Positions 27,996-42,143 of a DNA stretch of 64,000 nucleotides are shown in pieces. Position 1 is the stretch's first letter; each line of letters opens with the position of its first letter. The notes beneath the pieces were generated by a model. The model was not told where the DNA came from. It searched no databases and saw only the letters and a list, made by a program, of their open reading frames with translations. The stretch is from Octopus vulgaris (lineage: Eukaryota). Location of the stretch: positions 20,708,001-20,772,000 of the forward strand of contig OX597835.1 of the NCBI GenBank assembly GCA_951406725.2. Reading direction: 5' to 3'. The position numbers were made by a program, and so were the translations under genes.

Positions 27996-28530
27996 GTCGA
28001 TATGGTCGACCCCAGTACGCAACTGCTACTTAATTTATCGACCCTGAAAACATGAAAGGCATAGTCGACCTCGGCAGAATTTGAACTCAGAACGTAGCGG
28101 CAGACGAAATACCTATTTCTTTACTACCCACATGGGGCTAAACACACTGGAGACAAACAAGGACAGACAAACGGATTAAGTCGATTATATTGACCCCAGT
28201 GCGTAACTGGTACTTATTTAATCGACTTCGAAAGGATGAAATTGCAAAGTCGACCTTGGCGGAATTTGAACTCAGAACGTAGCGCCAGACGAAATACCTA
28301 TCTCTTTACTACCCACAAGGGGCTAAACACACTGGAGACAAACAAGGACAGACAAACGGATTAAGTCGATTATATCGGCCCCAGTGCGTAACTGGTACTT
28401 TTTTAATCGACTTCGAAAGGATGAAAGGCAAAGTCGACCTCGGCGGAATTTGAACTCAGAACGTAGCGACGAGCGAAATAACGCTAAGCACTCCGTCCGT
28501 CGTGCTAACGATTCCGCCAGCTCGCCGCCG
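27996..28530 (-). mobile_element. SINE family A with one head and tandem headless bodies
   Basis: ~183-bp repeated body units joined at GAAATAGGTATTTCGTCTG-type junctions. Confidence 0.85.
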
Positions 28531-29092
28531 TGCTTCTGCATTAATATTAAATAACCTCACCAATATCTTGTCATATACTAATTACATACGAATATCTAAT
28601 TCCTATTTTCCCATCTTTCTGAAGATATATGCTATTATTTGTCTCAGCGCTTCATTTTTGTTTTCCCTTCCCTCCTCCTCTTCCTCCTCCTGTTCATCCT
28701 CCATCCTCTTCAGTGCCTTCCTTCCATTTACATTTCTCTTACTCATTCTTTCTTTCTTGTCAGTCTCAATCCTTCCGATGTACTGTCTTTTGAATGATGT
28801 ACATCTTTAATTATTTAATTGGAATTCCTCCATCTCTTCCCCGTTATGTACCGTTGTTTTACCCATTCACCTCACATACCCATCCGTTCACTCTATTCCC
28901 CCCACCCACCATCTTCATTCTTACAAACTGTCTCCGTTTCCCTCTCTCTGCTCTAAGTAGGATTATCTATGGCCATCCCGACGATGATATATATATATAT
29001 AATTTAATAAATAAAATACATGCATACATACATACATATATGTACGTACCTACATCTACATGTATATATATATGTATATATAAATATATATA

Positions 29093-29322
29093 CGTGAGTA
29101 CAGGACACCACAAATAGACGTAGAACTCAACGAGAAACGAACACGTAAAAGCAAGCATGGAAACGGAACTTTTTTTAACAACGAAAAAACAGAGTACAAG
29201 ACAAACAACACAAGAAAAATTCCCCTTCATCAGCTGTCCCTAGTTCGGCTCCATGCGTGTTTCGAAGGTAAGGACAGAACACGACTCGTCGAACCAGCCC
29301 TTCTTGCGAAAGAATTAAAATT
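29093..29322 (-). mobile_element. Copy of the 16885-17110 dispersed repeat
   Basis: Reverse-complement homology. Confidence 0.6.
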
Positions 29323-29554
29323 ATATATAGTGCTAAGTGTTTCTATATTTTCAATTACTCAGCCAAAGGAAATAGTATTACGTAAGGATTATCTTACCTT
29401 AAGGATTAACTTAAATAACCCACAGAAAAATGTGTGTTTTAAAAGAATTAAATGTATCATTAGTTGGTTAGCATCCACACGGTTTCTCTCAACCAAAGAC
29501 AGGTATATAAACAAGCAGGTGTATTGGTTTGACACCCGGGTAAGTGAGAAAGTA

Positions 29555-29588
29555 TTTTACGTTTCGAGCCTACGCTCATCACCAGAAA
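29555..29588 (-). ncRNA. Minimal hammerhead motif (A6>G)
   Basis: UUU-CUGGUGA-U-GAGC-GUAG-GCUC-GAAAC-GUA-AAA. Loopless ACGU stem III, typical of PLE minimal HHRs. Confidence 0.55.
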
Positions 29589-29934
29589 GGTATACGATGA
29601 AATAGAGAGAGTAAAAAACCTTGAGGAGTTAGCGGTCAATCATGGCAAATATATACAAAAGCACACTCACGTGTGTCTATGTATATACATTGGTTATTTG
29701 GGACCTAATATAATGGAGGTATTTCACTAATAAGGACACAAAGCACCAAAGTAGTGTCTAAGACAACATACCCCTATATCAACAATATGTAGTGTCACTC
29801 ACGTACTTGCGAGAGTATATACGGATTTGTCCTTCTAGTTGCACATACATCCATCATGTATATACCAAATACTCTCAACGTGTACCTCAAATCATACAAA
29901 GGCCTAAAATTTTGGAGTGGACAGTCGAATCTTA

Positions 29935-30342
29935 GGATCTTTTCGGTTTGACAGGCAGTTTTTAAAAATAATTTCCACGTAACTAAACACTTTTAAACTT
30001 CGTATACTGGTAGAATGTGTTTATAAAACATCTTTTTTCTTGGCTTTATTGAGAAAATTCTATAGTTTGTAAGATATTTGTTGTTTTTTTCTTCAATTTC
30101 TCCAATTTCAACCAATCAAGGAGGTGAAAACATTCTGTGCCGTATGAATATGTCCCTCGTTTAAGATACAGATTGGGTTTATTTGCATTTCTGGAAAAAA
30201 ATACCCTTCCCCCAAAAACCTAACTCTAACCCTAACCCTAAAACAGATTGAAATGCAATAGATCGCTACTAGGTTCATAATTATGGGTGACAATTTCATA
30301 TGACACCGCTAGAAAAAACTGCCGTTCAAACCGAAAAGATCC
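29935..30342. mobile_element. MITE (non-autonomous DNA transposon), 408 bp, 8-bp TSD; possibly Merlin- or hAT-type
   Basis: TIRs GGATCTTTTCGGTTTGACAGGCAGTTTTT / AAAAACTGCCGTTCAAACCGAAAAGATCC. TSD GAATCTTA at 29927-29934 and 30343-30350. Internal CCTAAC-like repeats. Confidence 0.88.
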
Positions 30343-30484
30343 GAATCTTAGTCTTCCAATCAAAATCAGACATATTCAAGTTGTTGTTTTAAGCAATTAC
30401 TCAAAAGTCATTTCGATGCATATTGCATTTGAAAGCAAGTTCTTGATGAGAGCGTAGCATTCTCATGGGTATACATTCTTTTTA

Positions 30485-30892
30485 ACTCTTTTACTCTTTT
30501 ACTTGTTTCAGTCATTTGACTGCGGCCATGCTGGAGCACCCCTTTAATCGAGCAACTCGACCCCGGGACTTATTCTTTTTGTAAGCCCAATACTTATTCT
30601 ATCGGTCTCTTTTGCCGAACCGCTAAGTAACGGGGACATAAACACACCAGCATCGGTTGTCAGGCAATGCTAGGGGGACAAACACAGACACACAAATACA
30701 CACACGCATATATATATATATATACATATATACGACGGGCTTTTTTCAGTTTCCATCTTCCAAATCCACTCACAATGCTTTGGTCGGCCCGAGGCTATAG
30801 TAGAAGACACTTGCCCAAGGTGCCACGCAGTGGGACTGAGCCCGGAACCATGTGGTCGGTAAACAAGCTACTTACCACACAGCCACTCCTGC
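30485..30892 (-). mobile_element. SINE family B
   Basis: Full-length homolog. Confidence 0.88.
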
Positions 30893-31759
30893 TTTAAATT
30901 TTAAAATAATTTGTTCTTGAAAATTCTTAAGATTGCTTGGTCCAGTCAAATGAAATCTTCAATTCTATTTCAATTCGTATGTACACAGATACAGACCCGT
31001 TGCTCTAGACACAATCATACACAGGTCTATTATCTCCGGCCACGCAGTTCATAGCAAAATGTATAAGAGATACGAGAGTTAAAAAGGAAAGAATTAAATA
31101 GAACTCAATTAGTTTATTTATATCTAAAAAGCAAAACGAAGAAAAATACATTACCAAAAATATAACTGCCTTCTTTTTTAGACACCATGTCTCCACTTAT
31201 TTTGAGAAACTACTAAGTAAATACATATTGAAAAAATATTTAGTTATACTTTCTCCCACACGTAAATTGATTAATATACAGGCGTCAATATCTAATTTAT
31301 ATTATGTAAGCTAATTTTCAAAAATATTAGTTGAACACCTTGTTTCTAATTTAGACACAAGCCACATTTATGAGAACAGAGGGTCAGACAATACTGTTGA
31401 TCCATGAACATTACTTGTACGCTATGTACTTTATTTTATTGGTTGAAATACAAATTTCGTCTCGGTAGGCTTTAAATCAATGGTAGAAGAATCTGCACTA
31501 ATATTTATAAATTTGCTTAGCTATTCTGGTAATCAACCACACTAAGCAGCAGCAGCCATCTAAAATTTTGGAACTGGTGATCTCCATTTCCAGCGTTTTC
31601 GAGGGCCACCTCCCAGTGGTATCGGGCGTCAACGAAGAGACCTCGACTACAACAAGATGACCAAAGTCTTTCTTCCAAGGTCTGGGATCTCCCACCCCTA
31701 AGCAGTAGACCATCACCTAATCACCCTTACCCGTCTTGTTGCTTAACAACAGCAGCAAC

Positions 31760-31814
<55 letters not shown>

Positions 31815-31849
31815 CTATTCAGAAGATACGGAGGGGTAGGAAAGTGGAA

Positions 31850-32070
31850 TATCACAATTATTGAACGCCCTGATGGAACAGCTATGAAGAAATTGAACTG
31901 CAGTGGACATAAATATTTTAGGAATACAACAACCAAATTGCAATGCAAAAATCTAGAAGACAATAAGAGAAGAGTATGTTAGGCGCGCGAAGAACCGTTG
32001 TGGATTTAATCTGAATGGTGATAACTTGGTTGAAGGAATTGATATCAGGAGTCTATTAGGGCTATGATTG
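31850..32070 (+). pseudogene. Decayed non-LTR retrotransposon RT fragment (R4/Dong-like) next to (AGT)n at 31759-31813
   Basis: Frameshifted peptides IERPDGTAMKKLNCSGHKY(L)GI and IREEYVRRAKNRCGFNLNGDNLVEGID resemble the YKYLGI and EY.RR..ILKS.LNGGN.I..IN regions of R4/Dong RTs. Confidence 0.5.
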
Positions 32071-32176
32071 CCCTCGTGTTTTTAGAGTTCATACTCATAT
32101 TTCTTTTATTCGTGTATACGTACGCACAAATATACATTGTCTTTGTCTTTTCTCTAATTTTAAACAAATATATATA

Positions 32177-32220
<44 letters not shown>

Positions 32221-32223
<3 letters not shown>

Positions 32224-32391
32224 TTTATTTAAAGCAGCAGAAAATTCAACAAAACCTGTTACTCGGCAACGTGAAACTCAGAGTAACAGGTTTTGTTGAA
32301 TTTTCTGCTGCTTTAAATAAAGCATATTACTCTACCACTAGTATTTGAGTTCTCTTTCTTCCACCTTGTTTCACATTTATGTGTTTACTCC

Positions 32392-32393
<2 letters not shown>
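32221..32393 (+). mobile_element. HHR-family element truncated inside the hammerhead, with a 44-bp inverted 5' arm
   Basis: 32221-32264 is the reverse complement of ~32281-32324. Homologous to 47640-47785 (-) and 51875-51960 (+). Flanked by (TA)n. Confidence 0.8.
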
Positions 32394-32433
<40 letters not shown>

Positions 32434-32822
32434 TGAAAATGTTGGATATAACAAGGAAAGGTACTGCTGGACATTTATTTGCAATCAAATATTTGATTGC
32501 AAAGAAATGTCCAACCGAGCTCCTTGTTGACTCCAATTTATTCGATTATATATTCACACACTACAGAGGCCCAAACGCAAGTCTGGAGGTACGTATAAAA
32601 GTACTACTTGATACCACAGGGTAATATCTGAAGGTCGACATTTATACAGCACTCTACTACATTCTTAACTGAATGTAACATAACAGTATATATTCAGCAA
32701 AATTAAGATTCAAATGAATATGGTACTAAAGTTAGATGCACCAGAATTTTGTACGGTGTTATCCATATAAATCCATGGGGTGATTATAATCAAAAGAAGC
32801 AACAAGAATATCTTCGGTAATT

Positions 32823-32906
32823 TGGTACGATCGTTTCACGCTACAGCATTTTATTAAACATTGTAAGTATTACAACGGTTTTAAAATGTTGAGAAATCAT
32901 CAGCCA
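32823..32906 (-). ncRNA. Type I hammerhead with a long stem II
   Basis: UGG-CUGAUGA-[..CAUUUUA..UUGUAA-UAC-UUACAA..UAAAAUG..]-GAAA-CGAUCG-UA-CCA; palindromic stem III. Confidence 0.7.
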
Positions 32907-32937
32907 TTTATATGTATTGATGAAAAACCTCTATAGA

Positions 32938-33021
32938 TGGCTGATGATTGCGCAACATTTTAAAACTGTTGTAATACTTACAATGTTTAATAAAATGATG
33001 TAGCGTGAACGGATCGTACCA
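32938..33021 (+). ncRNA. Inverted partner hammerhead (GAAAC mutated to GAACG)
   Basis: UGG-CUGAUGA-UUGCGC...GCGU-GAACGGAUCGUA-CCA. Confidence 0.5.
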
Positions 33022-33053
33022 AATTACCGAAGATATTCTTGTTGCTTATTTTG

Positions 33054-33157
<104 letters not shown>

Positions 33158-33311
33158 TATATGTATACATATATATGTATATATATGTATATATATATGT
33201 ATGTATATATATATATATTATATAAATGTATATATGTATATGTATATTATATATATATGTATATATGTATATTATATATATATGTATATATGTATATATA
33301 TATATGTATAT

Positions 33312-33350
<39 letters not shown>

Positions 33351-33795
33351 GTGTATATATATTATATATATATGTATATATATATATGTATATATCTATA
33401 TATCTATATATTATATATATATGTAGATATATATATGTATATATATATATATATATGTATTTATATATGTATATATGTATGTGTGTGTGTGTGCATACAT
33501 GGTTGTGCAGATGTGTACACTGTATTTGTACGCAAAAGAACACAGTTATTGTGCTTAAGCGCTAGTTCCTGTATGTATTTGTGTATTTCTGTCTATGCAC
33601 TTTTCTGTGTATGCATATGGATGTATCTAAATACTTGTATGCGTAAATGTTTGAAGACCTTAGCTGTGAAAATATATTATAAGATCGTAAACACATTGTG
33701 AAATATATTAGACGTGAGTGAGGAGACGACGGGAAGACTCTCTATGGCTTCATTCCCCAGATAATTTTTCACAAATCTGAGCTAACATTGTAAAT

Positions 33796-34065
33796 ATAGA
33801 ATGGTTGTATACTGTCAATCTAACACGAACGTGACACTAGTGGGGTACACCACCGCTGTATAGCCCTAGGAAGCATCGACGCCTCCTGATGGCTTTGACA
33901 CATTTTTCCCTGTGTCCTTATATACATTTACGAAGGGGAGACAAACACCCTTCGTAAATCTATATCAGGACACAGGGAAAAATGTGTCAAAGCCATCAGG
34001 AGGCGTCGATGCTTCCTAGGGCTATACAGCGGTGGTGTTAAATTGACAGTATACAACCATTCTAT
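33796..34065. repeat. Foldback inverted repeat (~115-bp paired arms, ~10-nt loop, ~25-nt indel in the left arm)
   Basis: ATAGAATGGTTGTATACTGTCAAT...TTTACGAAGGG / CCCTTCGTAAA...ATTGACAGTATACAACCATTCTAT. Confidence 0.92.
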
Positions 34066-34964
34066 CGCCCCACCACCGTACATGTCTCTACGAGAGATTT
34101 AGAAATTTAGTATTTCTTATTGTAAATATGTTTTTCCGAAACTAATCTATGCCATCTTCAGCAGCCTCTTCTCAGAGATGAAGTTAATACGACACTTGAT
34201 AGCGGAATTAGAAAATGTGCGGCCTTCGTTAACCAAATAATATATATTTTATGTAAAAACCTATGCAGAACACAAGCTTTCAGTTAATATTTGAAAAGCT
34301 TAACCGAGAGAATTATTAGAATTAAAAAGCGTTCGAGCATTATATTGAATGTGATGGTAAAAGGAAAAAAAAGTGTGAAGTCTCATGAGATTACCGATTA
34401 AAATTAAGCTATCCACTGCAGGTCTACAATATATATTTGAGTTTTATCTAATTTTTTCGCTAGGGAAAACGTACTTTAGAATTCTTTCTACGACTGATCA
34501 CAAACAGTAATACGTTTTCATCTAGTATAGCGGTTACTCTTTCTCCGTACATCCAGGTAATAGCTAACTAGTTAAACAGATAGATAAATATATATATAGG
34601 ATATCTGGCTCACTAGAAATAGCAGTTAAACTCCAAGCAACTAATTGTAGTTTAACTGCTCTTTCTAGTGAGTCAGATATCTTATTTTTTTGGTTACATC
34701 TTATATGTTTGAATGTACATTGTATTCTTCTGTGAATAATGTATAGTCTATTCACTAAATTTTGTCCTTCTCACTAGGACAGATCGATAGACAGAAGAGA
34801 GAGACTGGTAACAAAGCATTTTTTCGATAAATGTTCTTGATACTCAAAGATTATTTTATTAATGATAGATATATATATAGAGAGAGAGGTATATCGACAG
34901 AGAGAGAGAGTCAGGCATACTGAATAACTGGCAGGCAGAAATATTGATATACCGACAGAATAGA

Positions 34965-36620
<1,656 letters not shown>

Positions 36621-37020
36621 TATAGAAGCCAAATTCATAGCTTAGATTGAATGCGAATATTAACAAGGTGATAAATATATGGTAGCTCTGATGCGCTTTT
36701 TGACAACTATCTCCTCGCTCGTAAAATATTTTACTGCGGCCACTCTTATTACATCTCAAAATACAATTATTATTTTCATTACTATGTTTGTATACTTTTG
36801 TTGGTGTTGTTACTCTGCTAGTTGTTATTTTCATTCTAGCAAAATCTTTATAGTATACGTCTTTTGAAACGGAACTATAACCAGATATAAGTGAAAATAA
36901 CCAGTAGAGAATCGTAAAAATCTGTCTCTATGAATATATGTATAAGTGCATTTATATGTATAAATATATGTGTATGCATATATATGTGTGTGCGTGTGTC
37001 TGTGTGCGCGTATGTGTATT

Positions 37021-37068
<48 letters not shown>

Positions 37069-37360
37069 CATAGATACACACACTTACATATCCATGTAGT
37101 ATGTAAAACATCAATATACGTACATATATAAATATATATACAAGCATATATACCTACAAGCATACACACCTATATATACATACATATATATCTATACATG
37201 CATACACACCTATATGTATATATATATTTATATAATCATACACACCTATATGTACATACATACATATATATTTATAGAAGCATACAGACTTATATGTACA
37301 CACACATATATATATATATACATACAAGCATACACACCTATATATACATTCCTATATATT

Positions 37361-37418
<58 letters not shown>

Positions 37419-37489
37419 GAAACAGACTGTATGTGTGTGTGTATGTATATATATATAAATATAAATATATATACACCTACATGTTTATA

Positions 37490-37537
<48 letters not shown>

Positions 37538-38395
37538 CATATACAAGCATATACCAATACATGTACGTATGTATACGTATATAGCTATGTGCGTGTGTGA
37601 ATGTATACAGTTTATGATACTTCAAAAACATATATAGAAATAGCAGACTAAACTGTATGAAGGAGAAAATATTTTACTGTTGATAATTTTCACTTTATAT
37701 CTTATTTCTTTCTGCTTTCATTTTTATTCTATTATATTTATTCATGGCATATATTTTGACATAAAATTCCATTTATAAATGTCTTCTTTTTTTTTTCTTT
37801 TTGTTTGACTAATGATATAAGTCTATGGACATGAAGAGATAATCTAAATTGTGGTGAAAACATTTAAATTTAAGCGAGTTCTCTGAACGTTCTTTGCTAG
37901 CTAAGCACACTAAATTGTATTCTGATTATTTTAGAATATAGCTTCTTCTTTCAAGAAATGATTTCTTCAAAAGATAACTAACTGTATTATCACAAGGGAT
38001 TAATGAAAAGCTGGAGCGTGTATTTAAAAGAAATATATAGTTTTATCCCCACAAATTTCGGTGACGTATGACCATACGCTCTGCGTAAATGTAGCGACAG
38101 ACGTACTCACAGACATATATGTTTCAGTGCGTGTATACATTTAAGAACATAGAATTCACATAATATCTATATACACATACATACACATGCACACATATGT
38201 TTATGTTTGTGTGTGTATATATGCGTGTGTGAGAGAGAGACACAGTGAGAGATGTAATATTTAACTATGTGCATTTTTAATAAAACATAGAGACGTAGCT
38301 CTTGAAATATGTATTTTGACCTAAGTGCATTCACCGAAAGAGGTTCTCGCGGAGTGTTCTTTATCTGTATCTTTTTTCATTCCTTGTTTATCTAG

Positions 38396-38458
<63 letters not shown>

Positions 38459-38675
38459 CGAATATGAACAAAAAGGGTAATAATATAGATTACTACCAGT
38501 GGCTCAGCACAAAAGACGAATTATTCATTAGACAAAATATTATTCATATAGAAAAATATTATTCATGTAGAAATATAATTAAGGGCTCCTAAATAAGGAT
38601 GCCGAGTGCTGGGAACACAAAAAGGAGATAAATTTATCGGAGTGAAAATCAAAAACATTTACCGATAACTTTATA

Positions 38676-38753
38676 TCTCGGACTGATATCAGTTTCTACC
38701 TCTTTCTAGCAAAACACAGAATATGTTTGCTAAGGCTGGTTTCATCAGCAAGA
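38676..38753 (-). ncRNA. Type I hammerhead ribozyme
   Basis: UCUUG-CUGAUGA-AACC..UAGCAAA..UUUGCUA..GGUA-GAAA-CUGAUAUCAG-UC-CGAGA. Palindromic stem III, GUC site. It lies in an insert between (TA)n tracts (38456-38762). Confidence 0.8.
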
Positions 38754-39364
38754 CGCCTAAATTATATATATATATATATGAAATAACATAAATAACATAT
38801 ATAAACATATGCATATATACATATATGTACATACCTACAGCTATATGTATATATACATGGATATGTGGTTACTGGTGACCAAAAAACGTTGAACACAATG
38901 AGAAACGAAAACATATAAACAAAAACATGGAACCGAACTTTTTTTTAAACAACGAAAAAACAGAAAAAAAACAAGACATAAACAGAAGGAATATTCCCCT
39001 TCTTCAGTTGTCCCTGATTCGTCTACTCCGCGTTCAAAGGTAAGCACAAGACGCGACTTCGTTGAAACAGTCCTTCCCGCAAAGCAAATTAAATAAAATA
39101 CCTTAATTAACGCACTCAGTGGTTCTATTTCCACTCGTTTAATTATTTTTGTTCTAAAAATTTCATTGTTTCTTGTAACCCCCCTCTCTCTCCCTTTCTC
39201 CTCTCTCTGCATACACATATGCGCCATATACACAGTCATGGACACACAGACACTTGTTTGAGTGTACGTATGTGCATATATAAACGTGGACATATTTTAG
39301 AGTGAGAGTGTGTACGCATGTGTTTGTGTTTTCAGTTGTGTATGTATATATATATATATATATA

Positions 39365-39760
39365 TACTCTTTTACTTGTTTCAGTCATTTGACAGCGGCC
39401 ATGCTGGAGCATTGCATTTAATCGACCCCAGGATTTATTTTTGTCAGCCCAGTACTTATTCTATCGTGTCTTTTGCCGAACGGCTCTAAGTTACGGGGAC
39501 GTAAACACACCAGCATCGGTTGTCAAGCGATGTTGTGGGGGGGGGGGGGACACACACACAAACACACACAAGTATATATATATATATATATATATATACT
39601 ACATGCTTCTTTCACTTTCCGTCTACCAAATCCACTCACAAGGCTTTGGTCAGCCCGAGTATATAGTAGGAGACACATGTCCATGTTGCCACGCAGTGGG
39701 ACTGAACCTGGAACCATGTGGTTCGTACGCAAACTACTTACTACACACCCATTCCTACGC
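39365..39760 (-). mobile_element. SINE family B
   Basis: Homology. Confidence 0.85.
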
Positions 39761-39917
39761 ATATATGTATATATAGAAGGAGAGGGAGAGAAGGAGGGAG
39801 ATGTTTCAGCGGGAGGGAGGGAGTGAAGGAGGAAGAGAAAGCCACACTGACAAACAGAGACAATCAGAGATATAATCACACAGCCTACACGACATAAATA
39901 TATGTTTGCGTGCATAT

Positions 39918-40296
39918 GGAGGCGCAATGGCCCAGTGGTTAGGGCAGCGGACTCGCGGTCGTAGGATCGCGGTTTCGATTCCCAGATCGGGCGTTGTGAG
40001 TGTTTATTGAGCGAAAACACCTAAAGCTCCACGAGGCTCCGGCAGGGATGCTGGTGATCCCTGCTGTACTCTTTCACCACAACTTTTTCTCACTCTTACT
40101 TCCTGTTTCTGTTGTACCTGTATTTCAAAGGGCCGGCCTTGTCACTCTGTGTGTCACGCTGAATATCCCCGAGAACTACGTTAAGGGTACATGTGTCTGT
40201 GGAGTGCTCCGCCACTTACACGTTAATTTCACGAGCAGGCTGTTCCGTTGATCGGATCAACCGGAACCCTCGTCGTCGTAACCGACGGAGTGCTTC
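39918..40296 (+). mobile_element. SINE family C
   Basis: Full-length homolog. Confidence 0.9.
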
Positions 40297-41029
40297 CTTA
40301 AAGGTATGTGCGTATATACAGTTATTCTATTGGTGCATATTCATAGGCGAGCGTGATTGGTGTGCATTGAACATTTCGAATCAGGCGGTGCAAAAACAAG
40401 AGTTCTCAGACATTACGAAACTTTATTTCTTAAGAAATCTAAATTTTCCCTTTTAACGGCAATCAAACTTTTATTTCGCCTGATATGTTTCAAAGATTAT
40501 TTTGCCACTCTGCCGAGTTTAAGTACATAGTTATCTTCTCCTGTACGGCAGCAAGACAAACTGTGTTAGTAATTCACTGTTTTCGCTGTTATTCAATTGA
40601 TTGCTCAGCTTCGAGAAAATGTTACACTTGATTACACAAGGAGCATTTGAAAAATCAAAAATCGCCAAACCACACGTACCACTATAAAGGTGTGTGTGTG
40701 AGTGCGTGTACGTGTGTGTGAGTGCGTGTACGTGTGTGTGTGTGTATGTGAGTGCGCGTACGTGTATATTAATGTGTTCTAGTCTCTCTCTCTGTGTCTG
40801 TAACTTACGTGTGTTTGTGCATATATGTGTATATACGAAAGAACGCAGTGAGTAGGCGGAATCGTCAGACGCATTTCGTCCTTATGTCGAGTTCAAATTT
40901 TGCCGAGGTTAACTTGCCACTCATCCCTTCGTGGTGGATGAAATAAGCGCTAGTTGAGTATCGGGGTTCGATTTAATCAACTTGTACCCTTCTCCAAAAT
41001 ATGAGGTGCTTTACCTATAGCATAAAGTA

Positions 41030-41077
<48 letters not shown>

Positions 41078-41104
41078 AGAGAGAGAGAGAGAGAAAGAGA
41101 GAAG

Positions 41105-41180
<76 letters not shown>

Positions 41181-41198
41181 GATAGTTAGATAGATATT

Positions 41199-41365
41199 CG
41201 CAAGAGTGGATGTGTGGTAAGAGGCTTGCTTACCAACCACATGGTTCCGGGTTCAGTTCCATTGCGTGGCACCTTCGGCAAGTATCTTCTACTATAGCCT
41301 CGGGTGGACCAAAGCCTTGTGGAAGGATTTGGTAGAGGGAAATTGAAAGAAGCCCGTCGTATACA
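41199..41365 (+). mobile_element. SINE family B 5' half
   Basis: Homology up to the internal microsatellite. Confidence 0.8.
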
Positions 41366-42143
41366 TATATATAAGATTATTAGAGTTAGAGGTTGCAATA
41401 TCGGTCTAAGGTATAAAGATACCCGTTATACTACCGGTATAATTACGCATATTAAACCTGGACATACATATGCGAGCATATTATGCTTATAGATTACAGG
41501 TAATGGCAAAGGTATACATGAGATTATCAGGAGTCAAATTTAAAGTACACACAAAATGGAGAAATATTGATCCACAACAACTGACTCATCAAATATTTCT
41601 TTTTTTACTTCTGAAAATAATATTTTCAGAATTTTCAATGGCAATACCGTATGATATTCGAAGCAGAAATATATATCCGTTTATTGATTTGAGTTGCATG
41701 ACTTCTGAATGTGTAACCGCGTGTTGAAATATATTTCGGGATACTCTTTTACTCTTCTACTCTTTTACTTGTTTCAGTCATTTGACTGCGGCCATGCTGG
41801 AGCACCGCCTTTAGTCGAGTAAATCGACCCCGGGACTTATTCTTTGTAAGCCCAGAAACTTATTCTATCGGTCTCTTTTGCCGAACCGCAAAGTGACGGG
41901 GACGTAAACACACCAGCATCGGTTGTCAAGCAATGTTAAGGGGACAAATACAGACACACAAATATATACACACACACTTATAAATATATATACATATATA
42001 TACGACAGGCTTCTTTCAGTTTCCGTCTACCAAATCCACTCACAAGGCATTGGTCAGCCCGGGGCTATAGCAGAAGACACTTGCCCAAGATGCCACGCAG
42101 TGGGACTGAACCCGGAACCATGTGGTTGGTTAGCAAGCTACTT

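Noticed and set aside
39918-39992. tRNA-like sequences at SINE heads (also 26487, 10750, 63689)
   Set aside because: They have A and B boxes but no intact cloverleaf, and they continue into SINE bodies.
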